Below, one piece after another: positions 43,501-57,000 of a DNA stretch of 64,000 nt. Under the pieces are notes generated by a model. That model was not told the DNA's origin. It was given only the letters and a program-made list of their open reading frames with translations, and searched no databases. This DNA comes from Magallana gigas (Eukaryota): NCBI RefSeq assembly GCF_963853765.1, contig NC_088854.1:44020001-44084000 (forward strand), in the 5' to 3' direction. A program made the translations under genes and the position numbers. Each line of letters starts with the position of its first letter. Within the stretch, counting starts at the first letter, position 1.

Positions 43501-46500
43501 CCCCCCCCCCCCCCCCCCCCCCCCGGATTAGGAATTTCATGATTTGGGAAAAAAAATTTAGTAGGTAAGAAATTTTATTGTAACTATAGGTATACTCCCC
43601 CCCCCCCTCCTCCCCCCCTCCCAACGGATTAAGATTTTCATGATTTTGGGAATTAGGTTTTGTCAAGATTTCTGAGGATTAGTCCAGCCCACAATTTGCT
43701 TCCGACGCCACTGAATTATACTGTCTTCATAATATTTTATATATTAACTTAATCATTTAAATATTTGATTAACAAAATTATACAAAGCTTGCTGAATGAC
43801 ATTTTATCGCGACTTTAAAATTTCATCTGTAACAAATAACCCGTGGCTACCTGAGTGCGATCAAAAATCTGTGTAGGTGTTGCATAACTATTTCGTAATT
43901 AAACAAGAGGCCCATGGGCCACATTGCTCACCTGAGCAACAATAGGCATGATACAATTAGCTTAATGAAGTGGCCCAATTAGTCAAAACGTTTGCATATA
44001 AGTTAAAAAAAATAAAATAGCATTTCAGTTTTTTGTGAACTTAAAAGGTTTCCCTTTGTTAAATTTGATCCCCAATATGGCCCCAGCTAGCTGCAGGTCT
44101 GTAGCTCTCGGTCTGAAAAAAATTCCGATGGACTAATTTTTTCAGACCGGGAGCTACAGACCTGCAGCTAGGCCACCCTACTCCTCAAGTTTTTGATTTT
44201 AACGAATTTGAATCTACAGTATCTAAGGTTGCTTTCACTAACCTTACAGCTTTTCTAGGCAAATGGTTTTTAAAGACTTTTCTCTTTATATTCCAATGTA
44301 AAAATTTGCCCCCCCCCCTGTTGTGACCTCATCCTACTCCCGAGGATCATGATTTGAACAAACTTGAATCTACCCAGTCCCTACCTGAGGATGCTTCAAC
44401 ACGATTTTTGACTTTCAAATTTTGACATAGCATTGTAAACTTCTATATTTATCAGTATAAACATTGAAAATGGAAAAATAAAATTTGAAAATTTTAAGTC
44501 AAATCGTGTCCAAGTCCCTTTAAGGAGTGAGATGTACATGTAACTCGTCAGGATGAGAACTACACCCTCGGCTGGTACAATATTTCAGTATCTTGTTATA
44601 ACGGAAGGATTTTTATTTTCTAAAATATACGCCTTCTTTCATTTTAAGTTTATTGAATATGAATTATAATTTCTGTTACTCTCTGTTTACTAAAGTATAC
44701 AAATACTATATTGTGGAGACAATTATTTTTCACAAATAACAAGAAATAAAACTGAAAATTTTTAATTTTTATGGGTGTCACTCTTCTACAGGGGTCATGT
44801 TTCTACATGTACATGTAACGTGTGCTCATTTTTATGAAAATGACACTCAGTCTCATTCTTCAGGAGTTTTTATTCAGCGTAAACTTGAGCGAGTGTAACG
44901 AATAGAGATGTCCTATGAACCCACCATATGAAGTTAAAGAACTTTTTCATTACAATTTACAATACAGATAAAATAAAAGATATGTTCATGAAAGTTGGGG
45001 AGTATTTTAGTAGAAAGTCGAGTGGCATTCCACCAGGCTAACAACAACTTCACGTGAAACTAGACGGGAAAAACTTTTTACGCTTTAAATTACATAAACC
45101 TTTAAATCAATACTATACATGTATGCAGTTATTGCAATTCAGAATAATTCACCGTTATGCAAAAGAATATTTCAAAAACACATTAAAAATAACATCCTTG
45201 AGCGGATGTCATAACAAGCAGATACAATTTAATAAGGAAGAATATGAACAATGAATATTTCATATTTTCCTTAATATAATAACATGATTATGATGAGTTT
45301 AAAAAGAGGGAAATATGTTGTTTTAACATTTCTTAACATTGTATGAAGTTAACATCAAAACATCACGTAGATTTTAAAATTTTCCTTGTAAACAAATTTC
45401 ATATATTTACATTTTCCAGTGTCTATGCCTGTGATAACACTACGTATCGATTTTGTACTATAAAACTCATAAAGACAAATTGAGGCGCCAGCGGGGTTTG
45501 CCTATTCATATTTAAACTTTTAATCGTACGATGGTTTAAAATTATATAAATATAAATAATAAGGAATCATTCTTTGAATATTATGAGGTGATAATTTCGG
45601 TCGGGGCTTTATTGGATTTGATAACGCCCCGACGGCGACCGAAATTATCACCTCATAATACTCAAAGAATGATTCCTTATTTATTCCTTATATATTTGAT
45701 CTCTCTAAGAAAATACATGACCGTTGGGTTGGAATTGCTTTACATGTAAAGTTACTTAAAGCTATCGTGTCATGCTATCATATGACGCTCATCAATTATG
45801 AGTGCAACTCTCCTTGCAAGAAAGGTTCAATTGCTTATGGTTTGATGGTTTTTGTTCAGTTTTTGCGTGATGGCCTAATGAATTACAATAACATTACCAG
45901 AACGTATTAAGGTGGCAGGGGACAGTTTTTTTGATACAATTCATTGTAGCCAAGGGATGCATGTCTTCGGAACTCTGTAACTAGAATTTCCTCAGTTCCC
46001 ATTCAGCACAAATACCTTTAATTCTAAATTACTAAAATTACTAATCAAAACCTGTAAAATTCTCTACATACTGGTTTTTATGAGATTTTGACCCTTTCAT
46101 ATTTTGCTAATTTTTCATGATTTTTCAGCTTTTTAGACCTCCCCCTGCTAATTCCCTGCAGAGGGTTGACCTCCCGTACCGCGTGCATGTTGCACTATCA
46201 CATGTCAGAAACTTACCGGTGTATAGTTTACAATGTCCCATCCACCTACTTTTCGTGTTATTTTACCTCCCTTCTGTAACTTGCAATTTCACTGTGTAAA
46301 GTCAGCACAACAGTCATAGCCGCAGGTTTCGCATTTTACTTCTGATTCTCATGTACCTAACATAAGGGGCCTACATATTGCATATCAATTTCAACAAGAG
46401 ACACCCCTCTAACTAATGATAATCATTAAAAATCATTTCATGAATTTTAGCAACACTCATAAGCCTTCAAGTACAGCAACTCTCAATTTTACAAAAATAT

Positions 46501-47903
46501 TGAGGGTACTTTATTCGAAACTGTCCCTTGCTACCTAAACCAACAAGCACAATCGCAACTTCTCGGGCCTTTCCGGCAGGCTCGGAAAAACACCTCGAAT
46601 GTATTACCTAGGCGTCCATGACAACCCCCCTTTTTATAGAACTTGATATAAATACAACACATTTCATGATCTGTTGAGATGTGAGCTATACTTCATTAAA
46701 GTAAACGATATACACTAAAATATAACACAGAAGCGACATACAAGACTGTCTAGCCGATAATTATTTTAATGGGAAGCGACTCCATTTTGTATAAAATTCT
46801 AACATCCGGTGATGTTAATACATTCGAGGTGTTTTTCCGAGCCTGCCGGAAAGGCCCGAGAATTTGCGATTGCAGCAAGCAAGGATAGTTTGCTCGCTTA
46901 GAGGAACTGTTCACGTTGGTTTAAAATGAAAATAGTAACGTGAGCATTTTAATCATGTTTCAATAAATTGTTTACATAAATGTGTTAGATAAACCCTAGA
47001 CCTCTAACAAAACAGAGACCAATGTCGGTTTTGAGTTATTTTATGTAAATTTTTCATGTAAGTGAAACAAATAAAGGTATTTTAGAGCTCAAGATATAAT
47101 AGATAGATCATTTGAGTAATAATTCCTAACATTTGAGTATACTTTAAATAATTTTGGTTTAATAATCAATTCTTGGTGTTGCACGTGTATATTCAGCACA
47201 TAGAAAATGCAATTATAATATAGAGTATATTCTGTCATCGCAAATAAACAGACTTTTTATATATAGTGACTTGTATCTTGAAATAATTTCAATGTGTTTT
47301 CATTTGTAATTTATTGACATCTACCAAGTATTATTCCCTCTAGCTCTATAGAACCAGCCAGACTAAAATCTACACGCACCGTTTATCGATTGGTCGACAT
47401 CTACTGCGGCTGAAACTTAGAAGTAATTGACAGGTCTGAATTCGACAGGCCCTGTTTATCGATTGGTCGAAGCCTACAGCGACCTACGAAAGATGTCAGA
47501 CTCAGGCTCACAGGAGACGATTTGGCTGTTTCTTTTAGCTAACGTACTTATGTACGTTAACAGTAATTTAGTGAATTTTACTTACTTTTCACAATCAATT
47601 TATTAATCAACTAAAAGAAATATGCTATTTTAAACAATAAAATGCTTTCTTTGTTGATTTATTCGGGATATGAAAGTAGCGATCATTGCAAAAAAAAAAA
47701 TTACTTAATCCGCTTACGCAGGTTATATGTTTTTACTGCAATGTCGATAGCTTGATATCTCGTATGAATCAACAAAAGAGCGTTTTATTGTGTAATTAAT
47801 GAGATTCATGTTACTCATTGTGATGAAAATTATATTTCGGTACATTTTGTCAGTATCTTACGGTGGCTGCTATAAGATCCTATAGCACCTATCGTAGTAT
47901 ATC

Positions 47904-47984
<81 letters not shown>

Positions 47985-48006
47985 TGTAACATAAAAGTAA
48001 CTTTCT

Positions 48007-48045
<39 letters not shown>

Positions 48046-51000
48046 GGAGAGAATAATGAATTAAATAAGTAAATGGACATGCATTATCGACTTTCTGAGT
48101 AATATATTATATCGAGGAGGATAGTACTGAAGCCAAACAAGGCGATTATTATTATTAATATATTATTGATATCAATACATTCCAAATGTATTTCTTCAGA
48201 AATGATTAGAAAATCTCAGATTAATCCATTAATGCCATTCCCATAACGGAGCGTGCATCCAGGGAAACTTAATTTGTTGCTACTGAGTTAAGTCGAATAC
48301 TTACAGCAAGAATCTGAAAATGAAAAGATAACACAAATGAATGATATCATTTACAATTACCTTTAAATACATGTGTGTTTATAGTTTGTTTTTAAGTAAA
48401 TTTATCTTTGTATATGGACCTCATAAATTGACTGAGGATCTTGTAGTACCTTGCATTGTCAGTATAAGGATTCCACTTCCGTCTGCTTGTTTTGTGCCAC
48501 TGTTCTGGTTTGATTGACAGCTACCAGCACTGTCACTCACCGTCAAAGTACCGCCCACTTCTGTTATTGCCTTTAAACAACAGAAACACAGCAACTACAA
48601 ACTCTGTGCATGATAAACAACACTAAATACAAAAATTCAGATATATCTTTAATACAAGTGAAAAGCTGTGAAAGTAACAGCAAACTTGGTTTTCTTTTAT
48701 AGGAACAGTAATCTATAATCCACTTGTCAGCCCTTGTTTTCATAAATAATCAAAAATTAAAATCCTAGCAATATGCACACCTCTGATACAAGTACCATTG
48801 CGCTGCAAAACAACAACTTCCTATCTTAAAAACTGTAGGAGGAGTTATCCGTACAACAGGGGTACCCTTTTGGCAGCCGCCCGCCGCCCAACATTTTTAC
48901 TATTTCAATAACCGGATTTTTCCTTTGTAAAACCCGGTTAAAAAGTTGAGAAAGATTTGTAAAATTTAAAACTGAAATATTTTTGGTGGTTAAATTTATA
49001 CGGGTTATAAAAAGTAGCGATCGTAGTGGAGATAAGGAGGATTTTCCTACTGTGTTCGCTGTCTTCATACCAGCATGAACCATGATAACAAATGCCTTTT
49101 GTTTTTTTGAAATTGAATCTTAATATAGATAAAACCAGTAAATTACTAGACAAGAAAATCTGTGGAAGCTGCTATCGTCCACCAGTCCCGGGTTGAACAC
49201 TGATGTATAGTAAGTATCTCCTTGGACAACGGTGTGCACGCACTGAACCACTCCTTCTTCTGCAAAATAAACCAAAAATAATTTCTGTAAAACCTTTTGG
49301 ATCTCTTTGTATTTAGAACTCTTTTAATTTGATTTCTGAATAAATAATCTCTTAATTTCATCTCGGAATGAAAGAAAAATAAATAGCCTACTGGAGAATG
49401 CTTGGATGGTAGGACAAAGGGAATAGTTGAAGCGGAGGGTGACCCAGTCTGGGCAAACGGAAAGATGCGAGTCTGTACCACAACTGACACCCAGCCCACT
49501 GTCATGTGTGTAGTTAAAATTCGCTCTCAATGGAATAGGACACCACTGTTTTACGTCAGCAATATAACCTAAAGTAATTTCAAACAAATAACGCAAATTA
49601 TTCATGGAGTACCTTGATTAAAATTTGATTTTGTTATTGCTTGATTAGTAACTATGGCATATGTCAAACAATTCAAGCACCTTGTTTGACCAGCACGTGG
49701 TATTCCTTGTCTTCTGGCGGCGATGTCGGAGAGCAGAGAGACTCCACGTCCCATCCGGTGACGTCAGGGGAATACTCCGTCATCTGAAGTCTCAGAACCG
49801 GATCGCTATCAGCCATTAAATCTACATTAAGAAATATGTAATCATTCATTATTCTGTTCCTTGTTTTCGAAGAAGACTTTATTTGTAGACTGTCAGTTTT
49901 AGTTGTTTGGACTCTTACCATTCATAACATAATACGAGTAAGAATAGTTGGTCAGCTGGGTCATTTTGATACACCGGAAGACATTGTATAGTTTGCTGTT
50001 AACAACGACGAAGTCATCAGCTCTGTAGTAAAAATTATAAAACAAAATCATTGATCACTCTAGATACTCGCAATAAGTCATTGTCAATCATTCAATAAAA
50101 AAATGTACCAGATGAAATCATAAAACACTTAAGACTACAAACCGACTCAAACATCGTTTGTACAGGACTGTTTAAATTTACTTTCATTGATATATTTTAT
50201 ATTTCAAAATTACAAAACACACCTGAAAAGCATTGTCCCCAGCGTGGCGTTCTGTGACTGGCATGTCCAGGAACTCAGCATGGTGCCATTGACGTTTGCA
50301 CGCCAACCTGACGTCACAGAATGAATGGTATAGCTCAGTGTGATGTCTCCCATTCCACTGTCATACCAAGAGCCGGTCCAAGTCAGAGGAAAGGTACAAA
50401 ACCCATCTTAGAGGTTAAAAAATAGCAACAGAAAGTTTAGTATCAAAGACGATGTTTACGTACATTAACCTATTATTACATTATTTCATTTTCAAAAGTA
50501 TAACAACAAGTTTACATTATTATAATTAAAAATGAAAACAATTTTTTAAGGAAAAGGACAAAATTGGCGTGTCTTCATTTGTACATGTATACGCATTTGA
50601 AGCTGGTGAGATAAAAATCTAAATACATGTAGCAAAACTTACCTATATTGTTTGCACAACTCCGAACATACCTTCGTTTCTTTTGAATATCTGTACATCA
50701 GTTTAGAAACACTCGTGCTCCAAAGAAAAACTGCAGTGGTGGTGTAAAAGAAGAGACTCATTGGCCACATCGCTCACCAAAAAAATCCAATTCAGATGAT
50801 CTGGCGCTAATTATCTTTAATATATAACTACAGTACAATGTAGCCATTGTATAACTGTATTGGATATGCCATCGTGCGGTTTGTTTTGGCATGATTTAAA
50901 ACAATGATATTGATTTATCGTGTCCAATGTGCAAATTGTTTATTACATGTGGATGGTTCTTCTCGAATAATTTGTAAACTACTGCCTTCTTTTTGTTTGA

Positions 51001-54000
51001 AAAAATAAAAATAAAAACATTCTATATATAATCCAGTTGCAACTCTTTGGTCCGCCTTTGTTCCATGATATTGACTTCAAGAGGTTTTGAAGAAAATATC
51101 ATACAGAGTACCGTTTCAATATTTCTTACAAATACAAATGTTTGTTATTGAAATGGGTCACTAATTGATTGTGTAACCTACTAGAATTTGAAAAAAAAAG
51201 TGACTCCCTGCACCCAAGAATACGGTTTGACTAGTTTGGTTGAAACAGATCAGTGGCATTGTAGAGAGGGATTACGTCTGTATTTACGAAAACTAAAGGA
51301 AGCAGTCATCCAGACAATAGACAGACTGACACAGAGACAAACAGATGAGACAATCTTTTCTGGATCAGGAGTGAAATGCAAAAACAAATAAATACGATAC
51401 AACACAAAAAGCACATGCTTGGATTTCACAACAACCGATGACTGTTTACAAACTGAACAGATACAGACTCCACACATGTGATGTATATGCAAGCAGCTCG
51501 TGGTGAAAATAAAATGAATAAATAATCCACAACAATGCAGCATATGAAATCAGAAAAGACAGTGTCTTACAACATCGTTCTGCAAGGAAACATAAAAAAT
51601 ATCAATTATTACAGTGCAGTAATAATATTAGGAAAATAGAAGATCTTAATTTTTACGGTCAAACTTGGATTCATAGCATAACAAAACTGTTCTTGAAATA
51701 TTTTGAGACATCATTAACTTTTTATAATGGGAATTTTTTGTTGTCGAATATACGTTTAGGATTTTATACGTTTGTCTTTGCTTTGAAACCTTAAAAATAT
51801 GATTATACGCTTATTCTGTTGTAAAATCTCTCTGATATGTTAAATTTTACGAAAGAAGATATCTGATTTTGGTTTTTTTCTTTTTCAATGACCTTATTAC
51901 TTATACATCTCATATATTGATTGTTCTTTGACCAACCTGTGGACGCTAGCTGCAGGGTGCCGCTGCCATCAGAAGACTTGGTGGTGGGGGTCTGTCCTGC
52001 CTCACAGCTTCCTTTACTGTCACTCATATAAACGGTATTCCCATTTTCTGTTAGCGCCTGTTCAAAACATATTAAAATGACATTCCTGAGAATTTCAATA
52101 ATTCACACATATTTTTTGCAAGCATTTAATAAGCCTAAATATTTGCCTTTGAAAATCAGTTTTGGTGAGTCATTTGACACTCGTTTTGCACTCACATAGC
52201 AGGTAAATCGGTGTGTGGATATGTTGTCCACTACACCTGGATTCAAAACGGAGAGGAATATAGTAGACCCGCTTAACACATACTTCAGACAATACAGCAC
52301 TCCTTCAGCTAAAAAAAAACACCCTTCAGTTTGGTTTTCTAATCATACATCAAACTAATAGTCCTACTGAATTGCGACATATATTTTTGTGGTCAACTGA
52401 CAAGTACATAAGTTTTATTAAAACAAAAAAAAGCCTGAGTTTTTCATTGATACATACACAGAGTCATTTAGTGATCATTTATTAAACATATATATTCTGA
52501 CTGATCTTTTTTATTTAAAAAAACGTCTCAAATTCATGAAATGATAATGCACTAGGTATTTAAAATCAGAGATGATTTATTCAAGAACAAACATCTACCT
52601 GAAAAGCCTTGAACCGTGCTACAGGATGCGTAGTTAAATGTCATGGTGGTCCACGAAGGACACACGGCAAGGTCAGAGTTGGACGGCCCGCAGTTCGTGG
52701 CGCTGCCGTCGTTATGGCTGTAGGTGAAGTTACTCAGCAACATTACTGGACACCAGTGTTTGGCGTCTGCTTCGTGTCCTGATGTTCAAAAATCAATTAA
52801 GCATAAATAATACCTAACGTTTATCACATCCATTTTGGGTCTAAAACTGGAATTTACATTACTACATTCAAAACGTAAACAAAGCTTCGTTTACATGACA
52901 AAGAGTTGTAAACTCTGTAACTCGTTTATTACACGACCACTGACACTCAACTATTGGTTGACCATTACAAAAGCCTTTTTGAAGCATTGTAGACATTAAA
53001 CACAGAAAAATGATTTTGAACAAAATAGTGACCATACCTCTTTAAAGCTTAGTTAGAAAGGTTTGTGTTGTAGTTGACAAATATACAACCCTGTTATATA
53101 TATAAAAAATCTTACCTTTCTTTACAATCATATGGAACTCTTCCACCGGTGGAGCAACTGTTTCGTTGCAATAGGTATCTGTGGTCCATGACGTCACATT
53201 GACGTCATGTGCTTCAATGAACACCCTTGAGTTTGTTGCATTGGATTCTGTGCCTTAAAGCAATATTTGGAAAATATTGAACGACTTAAAAACCCATTGG
53301 CTTACTCAAAAATACACATTTTCAACAAAAGGTTAGATTTTCAACAACAGGATGATGACCAATACATGTCATCAATTTGCAACTTATCATTGTACAAATA
53401 GTGAAAGGAAAAATAATTGGCATGAAATAAATACACAATCATTATATCATACAAAGTAATACATAATAATTTAAAAGATGCGTATTTAATTTCAGTCTGT
53501 TAGAATACAACAAATAACCTAATAACGAGATTCAATGTTGTATTGAAATAAAAATAAAAACATTTAACTGTATATTGGTAAGATAAGTTTCAAAATCCAA
53601 ACCTGCCAATATGTAGTAGCTGTAAGAATACTTGGTGGACATCTGCCATTTAACACACCGGAAGACGTTCTGACGGACACCAGAGGGCATGGGTATCTGA
53701 TCCCCCCTAACAAACAGTATTTGTAAAACAGGATGGTACACCAATTAATTTTTAAAAAAAAATCATTGGACAGACCCCTCCTCCCAAATAAAAAATAAAA
53801 TAGCCTTAAAAAAAACAAACACAAGAGTTTCTTATAGATTATTTTCTATTAATAACTGCAAGATAAAAAGGTTTGCATTGTCTGCAAAATTTGTACTTTT
53901 AAAATATTTTGGGAAGTTTTCCATCAGTTTGATTGTGAATTCTGATTTTAAAATATACAAAGAACACACATAAGTCAGTCTAAGAGTCCTTACTTAAACA

Positions 54001-57000
54001 GGAAGTAGTTTGACGACGAGTTTTCGGCGAAGCAAGTCCATGAGTCAATGTTCGTCCCAAACACAGGAATGGACCAGCCTGACGTCACGGCACTGTTATT
54101 TCTGTCCAGAGTTATGTCCCCATGGCCGCTGTCGTACCATCCTGAGTCCCATTCCTCGGGAAAATTACATCCCCCGTCTTGTAGAAGAATATAATCAAGT
54201 TAGCGTGTTAAGTTAGAAGTCTACACAGAAAACTTACTAAGTATTTAGATGAAACAATACTAGTACTTGGTTGTACGAGACATCTGATCAATTAAAAGAA
54301 AGGCAAAAGAAAAGACAAGTGGACTTTGTGGCAACCTTACAAAACAAAAAGAAGGCTACTATACTTGGTTTGCTAGAAATCTTGCAATTTCTAAAATATT
54401 GCTTAACTTTTACTGACATAAATACAGGTACTCACAACATCGACCTGAAAAAAAAAATAGATAAAAAAAATTATAAATTTTAGAAAACACAGATTTGTTC
54501 AAATTGAGAAACTTAGAGTCAGTATTTTTTTTAATTCATGAGACTTACTGTAGGTGGATAGGACCAATGTCCCGCTGCCCGTGCTGGTCTTAACAGTAGA
54601 AGTCTGACCTTTCACACAGCTTCCCTTGGCGTCGCTAATGTACAATGTCTCTCCAACCTTGGAAATGGCCTTCAATGTCAAACAAAATTGAGGCATAAAA
54701 CGGAAGGAAGAGTTCTTGCCTTCGAAGTTGATGTACAAACGTTTTGACACAACATTGCAAAAAATAATGAAAATTCATAATGGTGATTAATGATTTTCTT
54801 ACCAGACAGGTGAACTTGTCATAGTTTGCAGTGTCGGTGACGGTTTCTGGGTTGAACACTGTTGTGTAAATTGTATTGTTGTACTCTATGGTTGCCACAC
54901 ATTGCACTATGCCAGACACTAAGGTAAATGAATATTAGTTAACACGCTTTTGTAAGAATCATTACGATTTCTAAACCAACAAAATGATCGGAAATAAAGA
55001 ATAGGCATTTTCTATTTTTTACTTCACACAAATATTGTGTGAGCTTATTCATTTTATCAGTACTGTTCATTACCCGAGAACACTTGAGTTGTTGAACACT
55101 GTGAATAATTAAATTTCAATTCAGTCCAGTCTGGGCATGCGCTGACCACTGATCCTGCCCCACACGTGGTGACACTCCCAGTATCGTGGGTGTAGGAGAA
55201 AGTTCCCAGAAGTGGTATGGGGCACCACTGCTTAACACTGCTCTCATAACCTGCGAAATTATAGCGCATCGTAAGAAAAGAGACTCTATGAGAGTTGAAA
55301 ATTACACCGTACAAATTCTTGGTAAGCACATATTCAAAAGCATATATAGGAAAGTTTTTGAATATCATCTTTAGCAATCTTGATCGGAAGAAAGAGGGAC
55401 AGAATCTTTCAACGCAATCATGTCCCCATTTTATATCTAATGATAAAACTTTCAGTACCTTTTTTAATCAAAACATGGTATTCTTCCCCAGAGGGCCCAT
55501 TGGTAGGTTGACACCGGTCCAACATTGATTCAGATGGCGACGCTGAGTGTTGTTGCGGATCATACCGGGCATTATTTGATTCTTGTTGTTCATCTTTAGA
55601 GAGTAAAAAGACGTCTGTTACATGTAGTTTTGATAATCAGAAATCTCATAACAAATATTTCCCTTTTTGTAAATGCTGACAGATGCACAATCTGTTTTTA
55701 AAAAAAATAAGTATACCACGTATTTAAACTGACAATCTGACAAACATAACGTTACATTCAAATGAGCATGAAAGCTGTTTATTAAAAACGTGCATATAAT
55801 ATGCTGTTCTGGCTTAAATTATTACATTGAACACTTGCGTACTGTCTTTTTTATGGAATAAATGTCTCATCCAGATTTAACATATTAAAGATAATGTACT
55901 TATTATTAGGACTTTAAGTTTTGGAAATCGTGCTCTTTAATTTTGTAAATGTTTAGAACCATTTTAACAAGAGCTTGGACTTGGGTAGTTGTGTCAAACT
56001 GCTCAATGTGACGTAGGCCAGTCTATTTCATTGCTGGCCACTCAGCCATGATGGCTCTTTGAAATCAACAAGATTTGTCTGGCGTTTGAGCTAAGGTGGC
56101 AGGGGACATTTTTTTGATACAATTCATTGTAGCCAAGGGACGCATGTCTTCGGAACTCTGTAACTAGAATTTCCTCAGTTCCCATTCAGCACAAATACCT
56201 TTAATTCACTCTTTATAAGGCCAATCACCAATTTCTGAGGGAAATTATTAGTCAAAACCTGTAAAATTCTCTACATACTGGTTTTTATGAGATTTTGACC
56301 CTTTCATATTTTGCTAATTTTTCATGATTTTTCAGCTTTTTAGACCTCCCCCAGCTAATTTCCTGCAGAGGGTTGACCTTCCGTACCGCGTGCATGTTGC
56401 ACTATCACATGTCAGAAACTTACCGGTGTATAGTTTACAATGTCCCATCCACCTACTTTTCGTGTTATTTTACCTCCCGTCTGTAACTTGCAATTTCACT
56501 GTGTAAAGTCAGCACAACAGTCATAGCCGCAGATTTCGCATTTTACTTCTGATTCTCATGTACCTAACATATGGGGCCTACATATTGCATATCAATTTCA
56601 ACAACAGACACCCCTCTAACTAATGATAATCATTAAAAATCATTTCATGAATTTTAGCAACACTCATAAGCCTTCAAGTACCGCAACTCTCAATTTTACA
56701 AAAATATTGACCCGGTACTTTATTCGAAACTGTCCCTTGCTATCTAAAACTACGTAATCGGTGCATATTCGCTTGAAACCGCGTCATTTTTAACTTGTTT
56801 TGACGCAATAAATAGATAGCTATATCTAACCGAAAGTCCAAGGTCTTGTTAAAATGGTTCTAGTTAATTCCCGGGCACGTAGCATCGCATTTGAAATTTG
56901 GGTAAGGGGGGACACTTAAATATTTTGACCGAAAAAGAATCCAATCTGCCAATCTTCAAAATCCCAATCCGTGAGGGTGGGGGTGAGGGTGGGGGGGGGG

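Noticed and set aside
46117-46299. Identical 60-aa ORFs at 46117 and 56324 as a gene pair
   Set aside because: Both lie inside copies of the same non-autonomous MITE and have no transposase features.
51188-51543. ORFs 51250..51543 and 51188..51391 as leader exons
   Set aside because: Low-complexity intronic sequence with no phase-compatible splice sites or clear signal peptide.
14614-53706. KGD tripeptides at the A/B junction of M2, M7 and M12 as integrin-binding motifs
   Set aside because: They are variants of the K-(S/A/G)-D consensus and not in a recognisable disintegrin loop; likely chance.
4870-55374. Plus-strand track ORFs (e.g. 4870, 5267, 6563, 13765, 30833, 36243, 54010)
   Set aside because: They are antisense shadows of the GC-richer minus-strand exons.
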